From the NCBI GenBank assembly GCA_030264375.1, contig JASCQW010000132.1:67175627-67239626 (forward strand): DNA of 64,000 nt, given 5' to 3'. The DNA comes from Carcharhinus longimanus (Eukaryota). The notes below the pieces were generated by a model. The model was given only the letters and a program-made list of their open reading frames with translations, was not told the DNA's origin and ran no database searches. Below, piece after piece: positions 1 to 11,600 of the stretch (positions are counted from its first letter, which is position 1; each line of letters opens with the position of its first letter). The position numbers and the translations under genes are program-made.

Positions 1-76
1 TGATCTTATTGAATGGCGGGGCAGGCTCAAAGGGCTAGATGGCCTACTCCTGCTCCTATTTCTTATGTTCTTATGT
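1..76 (+). mobile_element. CR1-clade LINE 3' tail (near-identical copies at ~36624-36698 and ~45941-46013)
   Basis: GAATGGCGGGGCAGGCTC.AAGGGCTAGATGGCCTACTCCTGCTCCTA ending in TTCTTATG repeats. Confidence 0.8.
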
Positions 77-79
77 GTA

Positions 80-790
80 TTACAAAACAAAATTTGACAC
101 TGAGCAATATAAGGAGATAGTAGGCAAAATGAACAAAAACTTGGTCTAAGGGATTATTTTAATGAGTTTATCAAAAATAGGTTGAGAGGCAGAGAGGTTT
201 AGTGAGAGAATTCTAGAACTTAGGGCCCAGGCACTTAAAAGCATGTCTACCAATAGTGGGGTGGTTAAAATTGGGGATGTTCATGAAGCCAGAATTATTG
301 AATTACTGGTATCTCAGAGGATTGTGGAGCTGGAGACCGTGGGGAATTTGAAAACAAGGACAAATTTCCAAATCAGGGTGTTGCTTAACTAGGAGGCAAA
401 GGCAGTCAGCAAACATAGGAACGTACAGGACCTACTGTGCATTAGGACACAAGTAACAAAAATTTGGATGATCTCAAGTTTCTGGAGAATAGAACATGGA
501 AGGCAAACCAGGGGTGTTGGAGTGGTCAAGTCTAGAGATAGTAAAAACGTGAGTGAGGGTTTCAGAGTAGATGAGCTGAGGCAAGGATAGAGTTGGACAA
601 TATTACAGAGAGGAAAATAAATTGCAGTAGTGATGGTGTGCACTTGGGGTCAGAAGCATGTCTCAGGGTCAAATATGATGCCAAGGTTACAGGGAGCTAG
701 GTTCAGCCACAGAAAGTTGCCAGGGGAGGGATGGATTTGGTGTTTGGAAAGCAGAGATTATGGTAGGGATCAGAGACAGGGGTAATAGTT
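80..790 (-). mobile_element. Decayed L2-clade LINE fragment
   Basis: Minus strand reads ETLTHVFTISRLDHSN, matching the L2 ORF2 motif ETLIHAFxxSRLDYxN. Confidence 0.65.
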
Positions 791-1619
791 AATTTCCATT
801 TATCCGTTACTCATCCAGGTTAAGGGATATTGTCTAGCATTCTCTTGCAAATTGTGGTATCATGTAGTGTGCTTCACTACTTTGCAATCAGAGAAGGATG
901 ATGGTAACTGGTCAATGATAAGACTGTTGATAAGGAACTGAATACAGATGTGTTAGTAACAATTGTTGTGCTGTTGAGACTGACTCGTTCAGCACACATT
1001 CACAAAGGAACAGATATTATTAATTGGAGAAGCAGCCCATAAAGGATTTGCCTCCTCTCAGAAACTTGTCTATGGCTTTTATGGTGCCAATTTTTCTCTA
1101 CATGCGAGATCATGTGGTCTTTATAGCCAGTTTCTTCAATGCCCGTTCATTAATTTGTAAAGATATAGGACCAGGCTCCTTGTGCACCTATAGTGATCAA
1201 ACAGCTTACTGAAATGTCCTCTCAGTGTTCAGCAGCTCTGCAACAAGACTCAGTCCCATTGATTCCAAGGGACTCATGATATTACAATGCAACTTAGCAC
1301 TATTGACATGCCTAGAACTCATGTATCACTGCAGCAGAGGGCTGAGATGGGTTTAAGAACAATACGGACAAGTACAATGGGTAAATTCAGAGATAAGGGA
1401 TTTTATTTTTCTGTAAGCATTACGTACACAATAAAATTACTATTTTGTTGGATTCTTGGATTGGAGTGCCTACAAACCGGTGGAAGAGCAGATCTGATAC
1501 TATCAGTTAGGTTTTACAGACGTCGATATTATCTTGAAGATTTCAGAGATTACTTTTCAACAATCCTCCAGTAGTGAATGTATTCACTGTCAAGGGATTG
1601 ACTGGTCAGGGAAGACTGA

Positions 1620-2410
1620 TGCAAAGGTCAAAAAGGAAAATACTGGAAATACACAGCAGGTCTGGTATTATCTGTGGAGAGAGAAACTGAGTTAACATTT
1701 CAGGCTGAGACCTGTCATCAGAAATCACAAAAAGTTCAAAATGTAGTTGGTGAAATGAAAAAAGATCAGAAGGGAAGATGTGATAGGGCAAAAGACTGGA
1801 GACATTAGAAGAGAATTGGAAATGGAGTGCCAGTGGGAATAGTAATGAGACAAATGAAGAAACAAAAGATGTATTCAATGGAGGTTTGGATTGCAGAGTA
1901 ATGAACAGCTACCAAAAGCAAAAATGAGAACAGCAAGAGAAAGGCTGATACACACAAAGGGAAGGAAGCAAAATGGAAAAGCAGAGATTAAGGTCTGAAA
2001 TCAATAAACACATTTTTTTAATGCATTTGTGGGACATGGGCATCACTGACTGGGCCAGCATTTATTGCCCATCCCTAGTTGCCCTTGGAGGGCAGTTGAG
2101 CATCAATTACATTGCTATGGGTGTGGAGTCACATGTAGGCTGAGCCAGGTAAGGACTGCAGATTTCATTTCCTTCCTTCAGGTAAGAACATTAGTGAACC
2201 AGATAGGTTTTACTGACAATCGACAATGGTTTCAAGGTCATCAGTAGGTTCTTAATTCCAGATATTTTTCCGAGTCAGAAGTCTGTAATCTGTTTTAGCA
2301 AAAGATGAGGTGCTGTCCTTGAGGCTTTGAACTTCATGAGAACACCACAGTAGACAGCGTGAGAGTTAAACTGACAACTCACTGCAAGCTGAGGGTCACT
2401 GCTGGCAGAT
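1620..2410. mobile_element. Interspersed repeat, probably Penelope-like, interrupted by a SINE fragment at ~2013-2265; short copies at ~7365-7425 and ~16905-17025
   Basis: Shared motif GAAAA.(A/G)CTGGAAA..C.CAGCAGGTCTGG....AT.T.T..GGAGAGA.AAAC in three places; family assignment is from recall. Confidence 0.5.
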
Positions 2411-5338
2411 TGAAATTTTTACTGTTTGCGAATGTTTTACTTCAAGTGGAATTCGGCCCTTTTCAGCATTGATCTAAAGATGGTGTAAAGAAACATTGGG
2501 TTANNNNNNNNNNNNNNNNNNNNNNNNNNNNNNNNNNNNNNNNNNNNNNNNNNNNNNNNNNNNNNNNNNNNNNNNNNNNNNNNNNNNNNNNNNNNNNNNN
2601 NNNCTGGTAAGAGTTAATTTTCAAATGTGATATTTAAAGCTACGGTCACACTGCAGATAAAAGTGACCCAAGTCTGTTTTTTTACAACAATATGAACAAA
2701 TTAATTCAAATTTTAAAAAATAACCTGATGCAATAAAACATTAAATTCAAAATCGTTAATAGTTTCACGGTTACAACGTTACTGTTAACAAAGATAGACT
2801 TGTCGAACTTTTTCTTGATCAGAATTTTTCATCCAAGACCAGTTCGAACTTCAAGAATATTCACAAAATGTGATCACCGACAGCTACAGATCACTGAGGC
2901 TCTTTCTTGCAAAATGGAAGGCGCTTCCTTCTAATTGTATTGCTGGAGAGAGCCTGTCTTTCCCTGCGGATCATAGTCATTTTAAAAGCATGTCCAGATG
3001 TGCATAAGGGATGAAATGCTGACTCGGGTACGGCTGGGGAAAAAAACAGCCGATATTCCCATTGTCTCCATAATTCAAGCTTAGTATCCCGGATCATTTA
3101 GAAATAACTGTGATTAAAACAATGTGATCTCGCTGCCTGATAACATAGGTGAAATCCCGTCAGCATGAATATATGGCCCCCGACCCAAGTTCACATCTGG
3201 CTAACATCTTTACATTTTAGATAAGAGAACTACTCGGCAAGAAGGGGTGCTGCTGCCGCCTGCTACTTCTGTTTGTCTGAACATGATTTCTCTTGCCCTG
3301 TGTCTCTTTTCCAATGAAATATGAGCGGAGTTTTTGTTCCCTTTAGGCGCTAGTCTGTGTTAAGAATTTGCCGATAAGGCTGGGTGACCATCACCAAAAT
3401 ACAGCCAACGCTACTTTCCTCCAAATGAGAAAGTTTCCAAAGGCAATTTGGACTCTCGCACTGTCTCCATCTTCACCAAAATAGACAAGTGGTTCCGGAG
3501 ATGTACAAAATGTTACTGATACATGTGCGATTGTAAAATCACTAAGTTACTCGGTTATCCGGCGTTTTTTGTTTGACGTTTGAATGACTTGGTCTGACTG
3601 ACGTACAATTCAATAGACACAAAAGGAATGTGAGTATGTGGCATTGTCTACAGCTCTTAGCTGCAGATAAGAGCACAGTATCTGGTCATCTGGGGAGAGA
3701 AAACCTCAGCCACGATTACAATTAACACTGCATTTTAAATGTAACATTTTCAAATCAGTTTGAATAGAAGATAATGTGAAGTGGTGAAATTAATCTGCAT
3801 AGATACTGAAACCAGCACGAAGTCAGCAATAGACAGGTTGTATGGTTATATAATTTTGGACAGTCACTGTCTTTAGAAAATATGTGAAAACCTTCTGTAA
3901 GCATAGCACCACCCCCACTCTCCAACCTTCCCCCACCCCCATCGCAAGTATAACTGCCTTCGTGTGATGAAACTTGAATTTGGAACTGGAATGGCAATTC
4001 CATCACTTTTTTTTAAGAAACTGACACAATTGAATGCGTTTCCGCTAAGCCACGAGTACACTTTAGATGAAGGCTGGGTTCTGATGAGAATGAAACCCTT
4101 TTCGGTTTAGCAATGATAAGACTTGCAACACTACTATAGCGGGGGCAATTCTGCATGGCGCTAACTTTCGGAGGCAAAAGGATGAACGGACAACTTTGAC
4201 ATTGCTGTTAAAAAGTTTTGTAAGCTTTTCAGAAGACACTAGTGGTGGAAGCTTACTGAATTAATCGTTTTATTCACAGAGACAACCAGCGTCACCTGAT
4301 CCTTTAACTAAATGACATTTCGTACAGAGAGAGACGAAATGTTCCTCACTCCTATTGTAGCTGATGAAGGGACTTCATGTACATTCGGTGACAGTTCATT
4401 ATGGTCCTGTGTAATCTTACAACTGCATTGCGACAAACACTCAGAAACGACATTGATGTAAATTAAATGTGGATTCAAACAAAAGAAAGTGTGTGTTTTT
4501 TACATTAGATGGTACCATGCATGTTTCATTTTGTCAGATATGGTTTATTGTACAGGGATACACTTATTTCTCATATCCTTCAGGGTGATTTTCAAGCGTG
4601 GTAGTAAGCATCTATCTCTCTGCAATGTACTTAAATAATCTTTCGGTTGTCTCTGTTCCTTCACAATGTAATCTAAACCCCTGCCGTTCGCGGTCTGTAT
4701 ACAATCGTTACCCTTGAGCAGGTTATGAAACCTTTTAGGAATCTAAAACAAAAGCAAGGTGTTTTAAGAGCCTTGTTAAAAGTGGCTGGGTTGAAAGAAG
4801 GGAGCACCGTGAACTCTCGGGCAAAGGGCGTGGAGCTTAAATTATCATCCTTTTGATTTCGCTGTTCTTCCTTCTCATTGAAATAAGTGTCGAAGTTTCG
4901 ACTAAATCCACTGGAATTTAATGACTGCCCCGCAGTTAGCACAGATACCCGTTCTTTCCGATACAAGTAACTGAGACGATCGTTAAGCTTTTGCTGCCGA
5001 AAAGATCGAATTTGTACCCAAAGCAAACTGTTACAATGTTCTGTTCCTCGAGTTCGGAGACAAACTTTGCTCCCTTTGCTTCCCGCCCCCCCTCTCTACA
5101 GTCTCGCTTGGTTAGTTCTAGCAGTTTGCTGACAAGGTGACCATCAAGGTGGGGGCAGATATTAAATACCCCAAGACAGTTCGCAAAGACTGACCCGAGG
5201 AGGCAGAGGGCTGGATTTAATTAAGTGTTTGTGGAGTCGTCACTGCAGTGATGCTGTGCCAGTGTTCCTCTGGCAGGCTGGCCGCATGCTCCTCCAATGG
5301 ACCTGTTGGGGTTGATAGCATTGGGCCGTAGAGTTTCT

Positions 5339-5391
5339 ATTGGCTGAGGGGATGTCCTGACACGCGGACAGGGATCCTCCTGTACTATAAG
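5339..5391 (+). promoter_or_regulatory. COL1A2 core promoter: inverted CCAAT (ATTGG 5339-5343) and TATA box (TATAAG 5386-5391)
   Basis: Arrangement and ~47-bp spacing resemble the mammalian COL1A2 promoter; GC box CCCGCCCCCC at ~5082; TSS inferred near 5410-5420. Confidence 0.75.
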
Positions 5392-5494
5392 AAGGGTACA
5401 TCACGCTGAAGATACGGCAGGAGGGTTCTGTAAAGTCTGGAGTTATCATCACCTCTGTTTTATGCTTGCTGGGTAAAAAGGCTGGGCTATTTTT

Positions 5495-5540
5495 CACAAG
5501 GAGTCTGCATGTCTAACATTTAGACATGCTCAGCTTTGTG
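5495..5540 (+). promoter_or_regulatory. Collagen 5' stem-loop (LARP6-binding) enclosing a uORF and the main ATG
   Basis: CACAAGGAGTCTGCATGTCTAACATTTAGACATGCTCAGCTTTGTG; GCATGTCTA/TAGACATGC stem; uORF ATG TCT AAC ATT TAG at 5509-5523. Confidence 0.92.
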
Positions 5541-5607
5541 GATACACGGATTTTGTTGCTGCTTGCAGTAACGACGTTCGTTGCAAGAGGCCAAAATGAA
5601 GATGAAT
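5526..5607 (+). CDS. COL1A2: COL1A2 exon 1 coding part (signal peptide, [27 protein letters not shown], phase 1)
   Basis: ATG inside the 5' stem-loop; donor T|GTAAGT at 5608. Confidence 0.96.
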
Positions 5608-8600
5608 GTAAGTGCCCCTTTTAAATCTGACAATATAATGTGTATGTTTGTTTAGACGCTGCAGCCCAGTAAGATAAGGCATGCCAGATTCTTTCAGAAA
5701 CCCGAAGTTCAAACTTATCAAAAAGTATAGCTGTGAAACAAGACAAATAAAGTTTGACCCGCTACGAATCCAGTAATTTGCAATGAACAATCTCTCTTAA
5801 ACAAGTAAGGCACTACAATAGCGAAGAATCGCACCTTGCTTATTTCATAAAATATATACAGAAATAGTTGCTTTAAAGTTGCCGTGTATTTTAAGTATTT
5901 AAAGGTGTGGCTCGCACAAGCGTTGAGCTTGTCACCGAAAACGAGTGCGGGTGCATTTAATATGTTTCATCCTTAAATTAGATCTATGCCACTTATTCTG
6001 TTCCATTGGGGCCCAGGTGATACAAGAATCTGTGGTCAATTTTTAGATACAAATAAATAGGAAAGTATGTAGTCTGGGAGGGAAGGGTGGACTTTTTAAA
6101 ATTGATATAAGTTATGATTTCAGTGATAAATGCTGGGCTAAACGGGGGAGGAGGGGGGAATGTGGCGAATATTTTGCTGTGTCGCCACCTCGCGGTAGTC
6201 CTTACACTTGTGTTGGGCGCTTTGGCTCATTGTTCTGCCCAGACTGCAGTGAAGACCGCTTTACTGAGTTTTACAAATAGTTTTTTAAGGGTGTTTGTTC
6301 TCATTTCCCATATCTTTGGTATGACTGGAGAATCGGCGAGGTTGCTGTCAGGGTTCTGAGCTGTGTGTTCCGTGCGCCTGGGTTTTTTTTTTGTTAAAAG
6401 CACTGCCCACTCTCATGTTGCTCTCTGGGGAAGAGGCAGTGCAGTTTAGAAAGTGCCCACACGACGGGCGGCTTCTAAAATCTTAAATCCACTCAGAGGG
6501 CGTGGTTTTACTGAGCGGGTGTGTTGGTGGCAATGTGGGGGAGGTCAGCAGGTTTGATCATTGGCAGGAATGATAATACATCTGCAGAGCCTCGGTCCAG
6601 CTCCCAAAAAAACCCCCAATTGTACAGCGGCGAAACATATGTGGTGGCATTTTTCTAATTAATAACAAATGCGTTTGGGCTTTTTAACGTATTTGGCAGA
6701 TTATATTGCCTGCAATGTGATTTACATTATGTGTATATATATATGCCTGCAACGTATAGACGTAACTTGACCACACCTCCCTATATAGACACACATATAT
6801 ATGTAGACTGTGAGTGGAAAGATCTGAAACCAACGCTAGTCCTTTGGAGCCTCCTACTGGTAATTTGCAGTAGGTGTTGATTTGGCCCTGGCGAAAGTCN
6901 NNNNNNNNNNNNNNTGTTTAAGGGATTTCTTACTCGGCCGTTCTCATTTTTTGGGCCGTCTTTTTTAGGGAGCTCTAAAGATAATCTTCGGCTGTGCAAG
7001 GCAGCTAGATGGTTTACCACATCACAGTGATTTTATTAAAGCACTTATCAGAGTGATTAATATGCATCTGCTGCCAGTGCTTGCTTACCTGTCCTCATAT
7101 AAGGGCAAACGAATAATCAAATAATTTCTATCTCAGTGTTATATGATCCACATTATAAATATCATGCTTCATCATAAATATGGTAGAAATATTTTTTAAA
7201 ATATCATTTCTCTACCATTGTTTGAAGTGTATAGTTCTATACTCATATAACATTGCCACCACCAAGCTAGCCGATATACTCACTAAAAGGTCAAGCAAGT
7301 TTGTACTGTTAAGCCTTTTTTATGAATAATTCGATTTTAGTGCATTTGTGTATATATACATGAAACCAAAACTGAAAACGCTGGAAAATCTCAGCAGGTC
7401 TGGCAGCATTTCTAAGGAGAGAAAAACCATATATATACACGGTTTGTGATTTGTGGCCACTCGCCATCACCTATCTCCTGTTGCAGCAGGTCTAGCTAAC
7501 AGCGTTGAATGAATGAAAGTGCAGGAAATTAAGAGCAAGGAGGTGTTGAAACCTCTGCCTTGTTGGTGGGTTTTGTGTGTCAGCAGTCTGATGATATCAT
7601 TGGAGCGTCGACAAGGTGGCTCCAAAGTCATAGGGAGGAAATGTCGCCAGATTGTCATCCTTGATCCTAACACCACTAGCCTTAATTGGTCCACCAGACC
7701 ACACTTTTTACCTTCTGCTTTCATCTGCGTCACTGACCTGTTAATGTCAATATATAACTGGAACCCAAACTGAAAGCCGATAAGATAACTAACTACCTAA
7801 AAGAGATTTACGCATTTGTTCTTAATGTATAAATACTAGAAAATAATAGTGCTAATCTAATTAAGCAAATTAATAAAAATAAACAATGATTAAGACATTC
7901 GCTTAATTTTCTTTCACATTTCTGATTAATGTGCACTGGGACAATATAAAGCCTTTGCTTCACTAAAATTGGCGTTTGAGAGAATTTTTAAAATACGTTT
8001 TTTAAATTTTTATCTTTTTTAATTGCATTTTTAAATTTAAACTTATTTATACTCTAATTTCAAGACCAAGGTGAATATGCACCATACTGATAAATAATAA
8101 GATTCATTAGGAATAATTCTTAAAATCAATTCCAAAATAATCTCTCTGCAAACTTGGTGCAAAGCATACCTGCTGATTGATACAGTGACAACAATGGACA
8201 CGAGTCTCATTTCCCTTCAACTGAAGATAAGTTTCTCTTCTAATTTACAGAGATTAGCTCTATTCCACTCTGAATCCTACTTTAATGAGAACCAACAAAA
8301 AAAATGTTTCCTGCGATATCCTATTTGGATGANNNNNNNNNNNNNNNNNNNNNNNNNNNNNNNNNNNNNNNNNNNNNNNNNNNNNNNNNNNNNNNNNNNN
8401 NNNNNNNNNNNNNNNNNNNNNNNNNNNNNNNNNNNNNNNNNNNNNNNNNNNNNNNNNNNNNNNNNNNNNNNNNNNNNNNNNNNNNNNNNNNNNNNNNNNN
8501 NNNNNNNNNNNNNNNNNNNNNNNNNNNNNNNNNNNNNNNNNNNNNNNNNNNNNNNNNNNNNNNNNNNNNNNNNNNNNNNNNNNNNNNNNNNNNNNNNNNN

Positions 8601-11600
8601 NNNNNNNNNNNNNNNNNNNNNNNNNNNNNNNNNNNNNNNNNNNNNNNNNNNNNNNNNNNNNNNNNNNNNNNNNNNNNNNNNNNNNNNNNNNNNNNNNNNN
8701 NNNNNNNNNNNNNNNNNNNNNNNNNNNNNNNNNNNNNNNNNNNNNNNNNNNNNNNNNNNNNNNNNNNNNNNNNNNNNNNNNNNNNNNNNNNNNNNNNNNN
8801 NNNNNNNNNNNNNNNNNNNNNNNNNNNNNNNNNNNNNNNNNNNNNNNNNNNNNNNNNNNNNNNNNNNNNNNNNNNNNNNNNNNNNNNNNNNNNNNNNNNN
8901 NNNNNNNNNNNNNNNNNNNNNNNNNNNNNNNNNNNNNNNNNNNNNNNNNNNNNNNNNNNNNNNNNNNNNNNNNNNNNNNNNNNNNNNNNNNNNNNNNNNN
9001 NNNNNNNNNNNNNNNNNNNNNNNNAAATGTCTTCATCAATGTAAGAAATATATTTTTATTTACTTCATTTTTATTTGGTACATTTTGAAAAATATCACAG
9101 GACCTCCTCAAATATGGGAGAACATCTTACTGTTATTTTTAGCAAAACCACATATCATATGTAAAATGCCATTAAAAATTCACTGCAAGTAATGATCTAA
9201 CAAAATATTCTGCCATTTTCACTGTAATTATATATTGGCTAATTAATACCACAGAATCAACCAGAGGATTGATACTTTTCATATGGAGTGTTGTGTGTGT
9301 ACACAATGTACAATTGACACTACAGTTACATATGTCATGAATTCATAACTAATATCTTATTTCCTGCTCTTTTTCCACAGACACATATGAAAGCGAGGTA
9401 AGTATTGACAATCATAATCATTAGAAATTCTATTGTACTTGAGTTAGACAAGATAATTAAACAATTTTGTTTTCTCTTGCTTCTTGCAGACTGACCAAGA
9501 ATTGATGGTATGTATAATGACATTTTTTCTTTATGTGATTGTGAGCTCTGGATTGGTGTATTTCTGCAGTCTACTGAAATACAAATACAGTGAGACAACA
9601 AGCTATAGTCTCAACCAGCACTTGACTACATTTCAATACTAATTAGACTTCAGGAACTATAGAACATTTAACAAACCCATTGGAAATTGCAACATCAATG
9701 TATAATGGAGACACAATTCACGAGCCATGATTATTATCTTCTTCATGGTGTTCCCCATACTTTATGGAATCTATTTTACTCATGAGATACATATGTCCAC
9801 ACTCATGTGGCATAAATGACATTCCATTTTTGTTGCCTAGTTGTTTGCATTATGTGTCCACCAATTTGATAAAAACAAAGATACAGCAAAAAATTAAAAT
9901 ACAAAAATTCAACATCCTTATAGACATGGATGTTGATGCTCCACTAATATTTGAAGTGTGCTGCATGTGAGTTGTTTGTCCCATTCAGTTTATCCCATTT
10001 CTCCCTTCCCCTTTAACTTCACACCTATTACTCTTTTTGTATTCATTCTTGGGATGTAGGCCAGCAGTTATTGCACATCCCTAATTGCCCTTGAGAGGGT
10101 GGTGGTGAGCCACCTTCTTGAATGTAACTGAGCGTTTACCAGACCATTTCAGAGGCAGTTAAGAATCAAGCACTGGAATTCTGTTTGATTATCACAAAGA
10201 TTTCAACTGTGATTCTTACATGCTTTTTTTCTCATGGAACCTTTTGCTGTGAGATGCAGACATCATACATCCTTCTCCAGTTTTGACTGCAGGATAATCT
10301 GAAGCACAGATATTTATCTGTATGATTTTTACAGATTGCAGATATTATTTCACTCAGGAAATTAATTTATAATTCGATGATGTTACTTTATTTCCTTCCA
10401 TCCATGAAATAATGTTCATTGTTAATGTTTTATTGAGCTGCTTGGCTGAGCATTGACCAACTGAAGAGGCTCTGAAATAAAACTTGGTGATGGACCAAGC
10501 TGCATAATCTTTCTCTATTCCTGTTACATATGATCTGATGCTAAGGTAAAGTCACCATAGGCCCAGATGACCATAGGAGCTGACTGCTGGTGATTTAACA
10601 TGAGCATCACCACACCTCAAGCAAGAGGTGAGGTTGAGAAGGTGAGGCCTTCATGAATAACCTCAGCCAGTACAATAATTTAACCCACACTGTTGATGTT
10701 GCTTTGCACCATGCATCAGCTGTCCAACTAGCTGACTTAACTATTATTTTTGACAAAACAAATAAACTAAACCAAATAAACTGAGGGACAAGTTAAAAGG
10801 GGCAGCCCCCAAAAAGGAGGGAACCACCTAAAACAAAAGGCAAAGCAAAAAGGAAACTTAAAACATTAAATCAAAATGTAGTTAAAGGGGTCAATAATAC
10901 ACCCCAGTCCCCAACTGAGCTAACTGACCCCCATGTTCTGGTGTAATAAGCAAAAAGCAGTACTAAGCAGCCCTGAATAAGCATTTGACTGGTTGGCTAC
11001 TGTGAAGCGAACATACAAACAACTACATTATCAAACTTATCCTGTTTGCCTATCTTTTAATTAGGCGGCTTTTCATTCTGTCACTTGTCATAGTACCTTC
11101 ACACACTAACTGGGAGAGACAGTAGGCAAAGTTGAAAAGGGAGGTTGGAAGCAGCATTCGAATGTAGACTGTGCTTTTTATTTAGATGAAGGAAATAAGT
11201 CTGCAAAAAATTGCATTGCTTCTGAACTCATTTTCAGTTTATACAGTGAGACAACTTTACATGTACACATTGATGTTGCAATTTCCAATGGATATGTTAA
11301 ATGTTCTATAGTGTCTGAAGTCTAATTAGTATTGAAGTGTAGTCAAGTGCTGGTTGAGACTATAGCTTGTTGTATCACTGTATTTGTATTTCAGTAGTCT
11401 GCACTCATCCATGCTTGATTTTAAAGGATTTATGTTAATTCTCTTTTCCCAGTCTCTCTGAGTGATCTTCTTGTATTCCTTTGTGTAATATGGGCAATGC
11501 TGGCTGGGCTAGCACTTATTGCCCATCCTTAATTGACCTAGAACTGAGCTGTTTGCTAGGTCATTTCAGAGGGCATTTAAAAGTTAACCACATTGCTGTG

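Noticed and set aside
4673-5026. 117-aa minus-strand ORF upstream of the promoter, a possible divergent gene
   Set aside because: No recognisable domain, non-ATG start and no supporting exon structure; expected by chance.
8185-9192. Long ORFs of 246-335 aa in the ORF track
   Set aside because: They are made of N-gap codons (X) and are not real reading frames.
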